DNA of 64,000 nt from contig DASVRZ010000079.1 of NCBI GenBank assembly GCA_036388355.1, positions 17 through 64,016 on the forward strand, written 5' to 3'. Both the position numbers and the translations under genes were made by a program. This stretch comes from Chthoniobacterales bacterium. GTDB lineage: Bacteria; Verrucomicrobiota; Verrucomicrobiia; Chthoniobacterales; DASVRZ01. Every line of letters begins with the position of its first letter. Position 1 is the first letter of the stretch. Positions 21,306 to 28,708 of the stretch are shown here, in pieces. A model generated the notes under the pieces. The model made no database searches, was not told the DNA's origin, and was given only the letters and a program-made list of their open reading frames with translations.

Positions 21306-21713
21306 GTTCGGACGCTGTGTATAGGTGGGAAGATCATCGCAGATCGGGATCCAAGGAAGCTTGTCTTCGGTCCAGATATGACGTTGAGGCGTGACCTGCC
21401 GTGGATCATCAAAGCTGGCAACGGTCGCGCCAATAATCGGCGCTTCTTCGGCCCTCAGGAAGAAGAGCTGCGTGCCGCAGTTCTGGCAGAAATGTCTGAT
21501 CCGCTCATTCTGCACATGCAATTTGGGGGCGCCCGCGACAATCTCGAAGTGGTGCCTTTCGAAGCCAGCCCAAGTAACGAAGGGCGCTCCGGCTGCCCGC
21601 CTGCAATCGTCACAATGGCAGTGGAGGACGCGCTGGCAGTCGAGCTGACCACGAAACCGAATGGCGCCACAAAAGCAGCCTCCCTCGATAGAAATGCGAT
21701 TCGAGCCGCTCAC
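21300..21713 (-). CDS. GFA family protein (glutathione-dependent formaldehyde-activating / CENP-V-like Zn-binding fold) (cassette)
   Basis: (GTG)SGSNRISIEGGCFCGAIRFRG...HCHCDDCRRAAGAPF...FCQNCGTQLF. Start trimmed from 21779 to GTG 21713; the upstream codons translate the attC-like repeat. Confidence 0.8.
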   Translation of the reverse strand: MSGSNRISIEGGCFCGAIRFRGQLDCQRVLHCHCDDCRRAAGAPFVTWAGFERHHFEIVAGAPKLHVQNERIRHFCQNCGTQLFFLRAEEAPIIGATVASFDDPRQVTPQRHIWTEDKLPWIPICDDLPTYTQRPNA

Positions 21714-21721
21714 AGTAAAAC

Positions 21722-21824
21722 CCCTAACGCCCTCCAGTTCAGCGATGCGAAGGGATGAACCGGGCTCCTGCGTATGCACGAGACGTGCGTAGACCGGAGC
21801 ATTCGCTGCAGCGCTTGGTTAGAG
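21722..21824 (-). repeat. attC-like site (103 bp)
   Basis: Minus: CTCTAAC-caagcgctg-CAGCGAATGC...GCATCGCTGA-actggagggc-GTTAGGG. The L-arms pair with one extra A. Confidence 0.7.
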
Positions 21825-21830
21825 AGAAGG

Positions 21831-22126
21831 TTAGTGGTCATGAAACTTGCCTTTCACTCGGCTATCGGCGCCGAAAAATACCTTCACGCTGCACCACTTC
21901 AACCGTAGAAATCCACCGTAGAAAAACACAGTCGTATCTGGAGCGTCACGGCGCACCGCGTTTGGGACCCCAAGAAGATCCCGAACCTGCACCTCGGTCA
22001 TGCCGTTGGTAACCTGCGCAAATCTGCCCGTGGCGACTGCCTCGCTGGAAACAAAGAATATCACGACGCAATACCGCCAACCACCAGAGCAGCAAGCAAT
22101 CTCGAAGTGTTGGTCTTCCGTTTCAT
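21831..22126 (-). pseudogene. BamE/SmpA-OmlA-like small envelope protein, apparent 1-nt frameshift near 22064
   Basis: ATG 22126 (14 nt after the GTTAAGC core) opens MKRKTNTSRLLAALVVGGIAS-TGA. The track ORF 21831..22064 continues in the -1 frame with (V)IFFVSSEAVATGRFAQVTNGMTEVQVRDLLGVPNAV.... Joined, they give one signal-anchor helix plus a BamE-like domain. Confidence 0.5.
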
Positions 22127-22140
22127 GGCAGCGTCATAGT

Positions 22141-22225
22141 GCTTAACGTCCCTAACCTCAGCGAAGCGCGGCTCGGGCGCGCCTCCTGCGCAGGCCTGAG
22201 CATTCGTTGCAGCGCATGGCTAGGT
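22141..22225 (-). repeat. attC-like site (85 bp)
   Basis: Minus: ACCTAGC-catgcgctg-CAACGAATGC...GCTTCGCTGA-ggttagggac-GTTAAGC. Confidence 0.65.
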
Positions 22226-22624
22226 GCTTCGGGGTGTTGGAGGTTGAACGCCGATGAATCGGCGAAGGTAGTCGTAATCCGGCGGCTCTGAGCTGACCTC
22301 GATGATGTCCTCGCCGCAGCCTGTGCGGGCGTCGGCAATGCCGATAGCGAAGTCGTGGTGGAACTCGCGACGCAACTCGGTGCAAAAGCCAACGACTGCC
22401 TCCACGTCTGTGAACCAACCGGGCGGCTCGTGATACGGTTCGGGCAGAGAAAGGTTAAGTCCCAGCTCCCAGTCATCGGCGCCACGCTGCTGATTGACAA
22501 CCCAAACGTCGGGGCTGTGCCACTGCCGACTTGCGATGAAGCTGTCGATGCGTTCGGCAACCTGTTCCGCGACGCCGCTAAACTCCGGTCCGATGGCATA
22601 AGCATACAGTGTGTGGTGAGCCAT
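22220..22624 (-). CDS. Hypothetical protein (first cassette-like ORF)
   Basis: 134-aa ORF with ordinary composition and no motif I recognise. It is followed by an attC-like site. Confidence 0.55.
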   Translation of the reverse strand: MAHHTLYAYAIGPEFSGVAEQVAERIDSFIASRQWHSPDVWVVNQQRGADDWELGLNLSLPEPYHEPPGWFTDVEAVVGFCTELRREFHHDFAIGIADARTGCGEDIIEVSSEPPDYDYLRRFIGVQPPTPRST

Positions 22625-22731
22625 GCAGTTGGGATTAGAAGCCTATGGTTCAAGGGAGCCGCGAGGGTAAACGCGGAATCTACACGGCAGCGAATGGGGG
22701 TGCGTTGCCCGATTTCGTGGAAAAGGGTCGC

Positions 22732-25700
22732 TTAACTAAGGCCATTCAATACGGCGATGAGGCGTTCTTGAGCAGCTTGATTCTGACGGAACCAATCTGT
22801 GGACCAAATTCGGTAAATTTTCCACCCGCGTCTTTCCAAGACTTCTTGCCGCAAGCGATCACGATCCCGAACCGTCTTGCCGGAATGATACATCGCTCCG
22901 TCGCATTCGATGCCTAGGATGAACTCGCCTGGCCGGGCGGGATGCTCCACACCTATGTCGATACGGTAGCTGCTCACGCCCACTTGCGGCACTACTCGGA
23001 AACCAGCGCTGTGAACAACGCGCATGACGGCTTCTTCAAAATAGGAATCCGGAGCTTGGCCAGTAATCTGTCCGTTGTCCGCAAGAACCTGAGTCTGGGC
23101 GAAACGCAGATAGTCACGAAGGTCATTAACACCATTTGGTTCCCCGGGCCGCCCCAAGATTTGATCATGTGTCATAGAACTAAAAACCTCCAGGCGCCTC
23201 TTGGCTCTTGTGAATAGTACGTTCAGCCGGCGGCGACCACCTGCGCCAGCAATAGGTCCAAATCGCTGCATGATCTTGCCTGTGTTCAGATCGGCACCAT
23301 ACGTGCAAGAGATAAAAACCACGTCGCGTTCGTCGCCCTGGACATTCTCTAGATTCTTGACTGCAAAGGGCTCTTTGGGGTGCTGACGAGCTTCTTCCAA
23401 TCGCTCAAGAAGCTCCTCATCTTCCGCGGCATACTTATCAACTAACGCTTCGATAAGCTCTTGCTGCGGCCGATTGAAGGTCGCAACGAGGAGGGTTTCC
23501 GTAGAGTTCTCCACCAGATGATGCAGGGCCGCGCGGGCCACCATTTCGGCTTCAATCTCATTCACACGTGCACCAGCTTTGTAACGCCCCTCAGGAAGAT
23601 GGTGAAACTTGATACCAAGCCTGCCTGCTTTGTCACTGGCAGCAGGGAAGACAATCAGTTCCTCGTCATAATAAGCATAATTTGAAAACCGGATTAGGCT
23701 TTCATGCTGACTGCGGTAGTGCCACAGAAGGCGCTGGGCAGGTGGAAAGGCGTTCCTGGCGCATTCAAGAATTGACTCTGAATCTTGTGCTACCCCGCGG
23801 CCCGTAGCTTCTTCATCGGTATCGTCTTCATCGTCCTCATTCAGAGTGCGGCTCCAATAACTGCTAGGAGGCATCTGCTTTGTGTCCCCGACAACGACAA
23901 TCTGCTTTGCACGAGCAACCGCTCCGAGAGCGTCTTCGGGCCTGATCTGAGAGGCTTCATCCATCACGACAAGGTCGAAAGGGGTGCAGCTTGGGTCCAG
24001 ATATTGCGCAACTGACAGCGGACTCATCATGAGGCACGGCTTCAAGGCCACAACTGAACGCCCGGCGCGCTGCATGAGCTGACGAATGGGGATATGCTTG
24101 GTTTGCTTATTAACCTCGTTGCGGAGGAGTGGCCACTCGCTCCACACTTTCACTGGCCCCACCCCATTTCCAGCAGGCACACGACGTTCTGCCGCTCGCT
24201 GCGCGACTAGAATCTGAGACTGCTTCAATAGTTCACGGTCTGTGATACGAAAGCTGTCAGTTAGGTGTTGGTGGGATTGGTGGGTGAAGGTTTCAAGCTC
24301 CCGGAAAGTTCTCAAAATCTCGTAGCCGTAGAACTCACTTACTGCGAGGTCGAATGCCTCGTGTGCCTGCTCCGGTGGCAACGTGCCATCGATGACCTGA
24401 TCGACAGCGAAACGCGCGGCCAATTCATCTGCCCGTGTATAAAGCTTCCTAAAAAGCGCCCACTGCTGCAGGAGATGTGCTTGCGCTTTGAAGGTGCGAA
24501 TACGGTCTACGCGTTCTGTCCAAGACGCTTCAGAAGAGCCCCAGAGCCATTGCTTATCAATGGTGCCGTATCCCTCCAGACGGGTAACGATGGATCGGCA
24601 TGTGGAAATACGCTGGCGAAACTTCAGAAGCATGGCGCCAACTCTGGAAACACGATCAGCTATATTACCACCGAGCACCCACTGAAAAAGTGGAGAAGGG
24701 AAATCGAGAGCACGAACGTCCTCGACCCATTTTTGCGTTACTGAAAGGCCCTTCCAATCGCTTGAGAGTCCACGCGCATGTTTACCAGCTACTCTTTGAA
24801 ATCCTTCATTAGAGGAGACCGAGTGCTCAAGCCGCTCAGCCGTGATGATATGCCCCGCGGCTTCGCTCAGGTCGGAAAAGGTGCTGCTCTTTTGAACCGC
24901 CACTGCAAAAACCGCGTCTAGGGTCTGACGGAGCCAATTCGACCACTCTTCTGTTACGCGCCGAAGTTCCATGAGTTCAGTGTCCCGATAGGGCCTACCA
25001 TTAAAAAGCGGCTCTATTATGGTATTCGCGCCTTCAGCGCACCCGTCGAGCCGGCGGAGCAGAACTTCGACGCTCACTGTTAACTCACGCACCCTCTGCT
25101 GGACGTCAGGTTGCGCAACTCTTTCGACTGTTTCCCACGGCAGCGCTTCCTGTGTCATCGCTAGTCCCCAATCGATGGCACCAGACAACGTGAGCCAATC
25201 CGTTTTGAGACCGGCAAAGCCCGGTCCCAGCACGTCTCTCAAAGCCGCGCGAGAAGCGAAATCTTCAGTAGCTAAGCTCCACTGCTCGAGCTTTTCCAAT
25301 GATTGGAGAATAATCGGAAACGCGAAAAGGCTTCGAGATTGAGTGAACCCCAGCACATCTTTCCGGGCTTCTCGGTAATCTCGACTGAAGATAGAGAACC
25401 AGCGACCGCCCGTTGCTCGGAGGCACTTCTTTAACTGACCCACACCGTCGGCGTTCGGCGCATCAGCCATGGCAAACATCGTCTCCAGACTTTTTCGTGC
25501 ATCAGCTAGTTTAGCCGCTTCCGCCTTAGCACCTGTGAATACGTTGCGGGCGTTTGGAAAGCGGTGTTCTGGGGTAAGTAGACGTTCGATCGATCCTGGT
25601 GCAGAACCGCAAACTCGCAGTCGGGGGAGAAATCGCTCCAAATCGTGAAGCGTGGCGGCGGCACCGAGTCCCAATTCTGCAATCGACTGCGCCAGAATTA

Positions 25701-27804
25701 CCGCCTCGCTTGCCAACTCGGTGACTTCCGCAAGCGATGGCAAGCTCTCCTGCAGGATTGAAATCGGAGTGTCTCCGAGACGTTGTGCGATGGCAGTCTC
25801 GCTCGACTGTTGCAACCACTGACCTAGGCCACCGCGAGAGATGGCACCACTGCTTAAAACTTCAGCGGCTTCCTGCAAATGCTCCTGGCTGGCTTGCGCA
25901 TTCTTGATGATCTGAAGGAGCGCCGTCGAGTTCTTTACCGAAACAAGATGAGGAACGATCTCAGGAATGAACCCCACGGGTATCTCTGGTAGCGACTCAG
26001 GTCCCGAATTCAAGGAGCATTCGAGAAATGCAGGACCGGGGCACGCGGAAGGTGCAGTTGTTTCATCGAACAGGGCGGCGTCCGTGGCGGCTCCTTCCAG
26101 TTCCTCCGCCAGCTCGCCAAAGATACGTTCTATCGCTAGTTCGTCCCCCGCTCGAGTTTGCTCGCACAAGAATCCTTTCCAAGGATGATCTCGGAAGTCT
26201 GCGGGGTTTTGTAGATGCCGACCTATCTCCTGCAAGCAGGTGAGCGCATCATCAAATTTATCGGCGTCGATTTCCAGTCGCGTTAACGGATCGCGAATCG
26301 TCGGGATAGCTTGCCCGCGGAGGGCTATCGCGCGGCCCATTATCCTAAACGCGGCTTCTGTGCGTGGGCCAAGGCACCGGCCACATGCCTCTAGATATTG
26401 GTTAAGCTGGCTAACCTGTTGCCGCCACTTCCTCCGCGTTGAATCAAACTGATTCGCTGTTGGGGCTGACCAGTGGATCCTCCGTTGCATCGCAGAATGA
26501 ACCTCTTGTTTGCGGGTCTTGTGACTGTGGAGTTCCAAACAGAATTCTCCTAATCCAACGACATCTAAATTGCGCTTCACCACCTCGAGTGCAGCAAGCT
26601 TCTCAGATACAAAAAGCACCGTTTTTCCTTGGTGAAGGGCTGCGGCAATTATGTTCGTGATCGTCTGGGACTTGCCCGTTCCCGGTGGCCCCTCAACCAC
26701 AAGATTGCGGCCCTCCCAAGTCTTGAGAATGGCCGTATGCTGCGAACTATCAGCTTCTACGACGAGCGGGATGTCGTGTGCAACAGGATGGTCATCAGTT
26801 ACTTCGACTCCGCCGTATCCTACTTCTTCGGTTTCAATCACACTTCCGTCGAGGATCTGCTGGACGAGGGGATTTTCCAGGAGACCGCATCCTTCCGGCC
26901 ACTTGGCAGGATCTAGATCGATATACATCCGCATTTTGGCGAAAGAGAAGAAGCTAATAAAGGCCGTGTCTTCAACTTGCCATCCATCCCTTCCCCGAAC
27001 AGCCCTCTCAACCTCGGAAAGGTATCCCTGCACGTCCGTGAACTCCTCGCTAAACCTCGGTAGATCTAGGCCGAAGTCCGTCCGAAGCCGCTCGATAAGC
27101 GAGAGATTTGGGTAAAGCTCTCCCCCATCATGCATTACGGTGTAGTGGCGAGTGGTCCCGGCACCTACTTCTTTTTTCCTCTCGATGAGAATCGGTATCA
27201 GCAACAGAGGCGCGCGGCGGTCTTGTTCAGAATCGTCACTCTCCCGCCACCGAAGAAAACCTAAGGCTAGATAAAGATGGTTGATGCCTGTCTCATCCGA
27301 GACGGCCTTAGCTTCCCGCCGGATGTACTCAGCGCGTGCTTCCAGATCGCCGTCATCGTGGCTACAGACGATCTGTCGCCGTGCCGAAGCTTTCTCCACA
27401 TCCCCACGCGACGCTATCTGCGGCTCCGAAGCCACGCTCGGCTTTTTCCGTTTGCTTAGTTCTCCTTTGACGAGGTATTGCACCCCCGGTTGAAGCCGGA
27501 GCTGTTTATCCTCATCCTCGGTGAGCTTTGAAAAGAGCTCACTGAGGTTTGGAAGGGTCACCTCAATGCATGATTTCTTAGGAGGGCGAAAGCTAACTAG
27601 CTTGTTTCGATTGCTAATATCAATTAAGCGCTTCCGCAGGACGTCAAGATGATGCGCAATGGTTTCTGGGGCAGATGACACGGGGTGTAGAGGACCTTCT
27701 AAAACGACTTTCTTCAACCAAATTCCCCGCAGCGAGATCCGTTGCTCGCGAGAGCGGTGATCGGAATCCCGAGATTCAAGACCATAGCCGCGGCGGGTGA
27801 GCAC
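22732..27804 (-). CDS. Giant SF1 (Upf1/DNA2-like) helicase fused to a C-terminal Vsr/DUF559-like endonuclease fold (DUF4011 - AAA_11/AAA_12 - REase-like architecture)
   Basis: N-terminus: RNKLVSF...HLYLALGFLRWRESD..RRAPLLLIPILIERK. Helicase motifs: VVEGPPGTGKSQTITN (Walker A), LVVMDEASQIRPEDALG, VVVGDTKQMPP, LLWHYRSQHESLIRFSN, VQGDERDVVFIS, RRLNVLFTRAKRRLEVFSS. A ~700-aa insertion separates the two RecA halves. C-terminus: YRIDIGVEHPARPGEFILGIECDGAMYHSGKTVRDRDRLRQEVLERRGWKIYRIWSTDWF. GTG start at 27804 is uncertain. Confidence 0.85.
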   Translation of the reverse strand: MLTRRGYGLESRDSDHRSREQRISLRGIWLKKVVLEGPLHPVSSAPETIAHHLDVLRKRLIDISNRNKLVSFRPPKKSCIEVTLPNLSELFSKLTEDEDKQLRLQPGVQYLVKGELSKRKKPSVASEPQIASRGDVEKASARRQIVCSHDDGDLEARAEYIRREAKAVSDETGINHLYLALGFLRWRESDDSEQDRRAPLLLIPILIERKKEVGAGTTRHYTVMHDGGELYPNLSLIERLRTDFGLDLPRFSEEFTDVQGYLSEVERAVRGRDGWQVEDTAFISFFSFAKMRMYIDLDPAKWPEGCGLLENPLVQQILDGSVIETEEVGYGGVEVTDDHPVAHDIPLVVEADSSQHTAILKTWEGRNLVVEGPPGTGKSQTITNIIAAALHQGKTVLFVSEKLAALEVVKRNLDVVGLGEFCLELHSHKTRKQEVHSAMQRRIHWSAPTANQFDSTRRKWRQQVSQLNQYLEACGRCLGPRTEAAFRIMGRAIALRGQAIPTIRDPLTRLEIDADKFDDALTCLQEIGRHLQNPADFRDHPWKGFLCEQTRAGDELAIERIFGELAEELEGAATDAALFDETTAPSACPGPAFLECSLNSGPESLPEIPVGFIPEIVPHLVSVKNSTALLQIIKNAQASQEHLQEAAEVLSSGAISRGGLGQWLQQSSETAIAQRLGDTPISILQESLPSLAEVTELASEAVILAQSIAELGLGAAATLHDLERFLPRLRVCGSAPGSIERLLTPEHRFPNARNVFTGAKAEAAKLADARKSLETMFAMADAPNADGVGQLKKCLRATGGRWFSIFSRDYREARKDVLGFTQSRSLFAFPIILQSLEKLEQWSLATEDFASRAALRDVLGPGFAGLKTDWLTLSGAIDWGLAMTQEALPWETVERVAQPDVQQRVRELTVSVEVLLRRLDGCAEGANTIIEPLFNGRPYRDTELMELRRVTEEWSNWLRQTLDAVFAVAVQKSSTFSDLSEAAGHIITAERLEHSVSSNEGFQRVAGKHARGLSSDWKGLSVTQKWVEDVRALDFPSPLFQWVLGGNIADRVSRVGAMLLKFRQRISTCRSIVTRLEGYGTIDKQWLWGSSEASWTERVDRIRTFKAQAHLLQQWALFRKLYTRADELAARFAVDQVIDGTLPPEQAHEAFDLAVSEFYGYEILRTFRELETFTHQSHQHLTDSFRITDRELLKQSQILVAQRAAERRVPAGNGVGPVKVWSEWPLLRNEVNKQTKHIPIRQLMQRAGRSVVALKPCLMMSPLSVAQYLDPSCTPFDLVVMDEASQIRPEDALGAVARAKQIVVVGDTKQMPPSSYWSRTLNEDDEDDTDEEATGRGVAQDSESILECARNAFPPAQRLLWHYRSQHESLIRFSNYAYYDEELIVFPAASDKAGRLGIKFHHLPEGRYKAGARVNEIEAEMVARAALHHLVENSTETLLVATFNRPQQELIEALVDKYAAEDEELLERLEEARQHPKEPFAVKNLENVQGDERDVVFISCTYGADLNTGKIMQRFGPIAGAGGRRRLNVLFTRAKRRLEVFSSMTHDQILGRPGEPNGVNDLRDYLRFAQTQVLADNGQITGQAPDSYFEEAVMRVVHSAGFRVVPQVGVSSYRIDIGVEHPARPGEFILGIECDGAMYHSGKTVRDRDRLRQEVLERRGWKIYRIWSTDWFRQNQAAQERLIAVLNGLS

Positions 27805-27840
27805 GCTCTATGTAGAAACCCAAACCCGTCGATTCCCCGC

Positions 27841-27889
27841 AAAACGGAAACTGCCGGAGCCTGCGTCTCTACAACGTTGGCTCCGGCAG
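27841..27889 (-). terminator. Rho-independent terminator after the PG-binding protein gene
   Basis: Minus: CTGCCGGAGCC-17 nt-GGCTCCGGCAG followed by TTTCCGTTTT. Confidence 0.7.
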
Positions 27890-27908
27890 GTGTCCTATCA
27901 AATTTGTC

Positions 27909-28445
27909 TTAGTAACCGAGTCCGAAATTCACGATCAAGCGGCCATCAACTTCGCCGTCACGACGCCACCCGCGGTTGGATTGGTAGCTGACGAGCGCAG
28001 CGCGGCTGCCGGGGCCCCAAATACCGTCGAGGGGTCCGCGATAGTAGCCTTCGCGGCGGAGGACGACTTGGAGATCGTAGTAATTGTAGCCGTAAGGGCG
28101 GTCCTCATAGACGACGACGCGGCGCGGGTAACGGCTCCGGTAGCTGAAGTCTCCGCGGCGGTTGCGATAATCGCGTCCGTCGTCGGCGTATTCCCGGGTC
28201 ACCACCACGCGGCGGTCCACGACGACTTCGCGGCGATCTCTATCGTAGCGATCTCCGTCTCTGCGGTCGTTGTCGTAACGGGTAACGGTGCGGCGATCTC
28301 CGTCGCGGACGACCACGACGCGTTCGGCGTTGGCGCGGCGCTTCTTGTCTTTTTTCTTGTCCTTGTCTTTGGCTTCCGCGGCGGGCGCGGTGAAGACGAA
28401 GGCCAGACAGGCGAGCGTGAGAAAGGGCAGAGTTAGTTTTTTCAT
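27909..28445 (-). CDS. Secreted protein with Arg/Asp-rich low-complexity region and C-terminal peptidoglycan-binding-like domain
   Basis: Signal peptide MKKLTLPFLTLACLAFVFTAPAAEA, then KDKDKKKDKK, RD-rich repeats (DRRDGDRYDRDRRE..). C-terminus LQVVLRREGYYRGPLDGIWGPGSRAALVSYQSNRGW..DGEVDG (PG_binding_1-like). Confidence 0.7.
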   Translation of the reverse strand: MKKLTLPFLTLACLAFVFTAPAAEAKDKDKKKDKKRRANAERVVVVRDGDRRTVTRYDNDRRDGDRYDRDRREVVVDRRVVVTREYADDGRDYRNRRGDFSYRSRYPRRVVVYEDRPYGYNYYDLQVVLRREGYYRGPLDGIWGPGSRAALVSYQSNRGWRRDGEVDGRLIVNFGLGY

Positions 28446-28708
28446 AGTCTGGGGTTCGACTCCGGGGAGCAGCGTCTATTCATTAAACGGCTCCCTATGC
28501 CTTCTGAGTGCATTTAACTCAGGTTTTGCCCTTAGACCTTCTAAGGCTGTGATTAGGAGCGGTCGGATGGGAGGGTGTTCCTCCGCCGGAAGAGCGTAGG
28601 GCTCCTGCTGGAGCACCGCGCCTTCCGTGCTTGGACGATTGGGACGCGGAATATCAGCGCTCCCCGTTAGCTCGGCTCCGACTTTGACCGGATGCGGGTC
28701 ACCTTCCG

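Larger units (their letters stand above)
15725..22736 (-). mobile_element. Integron-like gene-cassette array with no integrase in the window (CALIN-like); about 12 co-oriented cassettes separated by attC-like sites
   Basis: All ORFs are on the minus strand. Intergenic elements read, on the minus strand, GCCTAAC(RYYYAAC)-9 nt-CAGCGAATGC...GCATCGCTGA-9/11 nt-GTTAGGC(GTTRRRY). The stop codons at 15726, 17873, 18294 and 21300 are the TAA inside GCCTAAC/GCCTAAT. Cassette start codons lie 7-36 nt after each GTTRRRY-type core. The cargo (GNAT, VOC, GFA, methyltransferase) is typical of cassettes. Confidence 0.7.

Noticed and set aside
22123-22653. 176-aa and 86-aa alternative-frame minus ORFs overlapping the first cassette ORF
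   Set aside because: Ser/Arg/Pro/Ala-rich. They run through the attC-like site 22141-22225. The 134-aa frame (22220..22624) has normal composition and ends at the repeat.
15725-27908. Integron integrase, attI, transposase or phage integrase associated with the cassette array
   Set aside because: None of the six-frame ORFs shows tyrosine-recombinase (R..H..R..Y) or transposase signatures. The array is therefore reported as integrase-less within this window, not as a complete integron.
28452-28472. tRNA-like T-loop string ggggttcgactccgggg
   Set aside because: The flanking sequence does not form a T-stem or an acceptor/anticodon cloverleaf. It lies in the 5' leader of the PG-binding protein gene.
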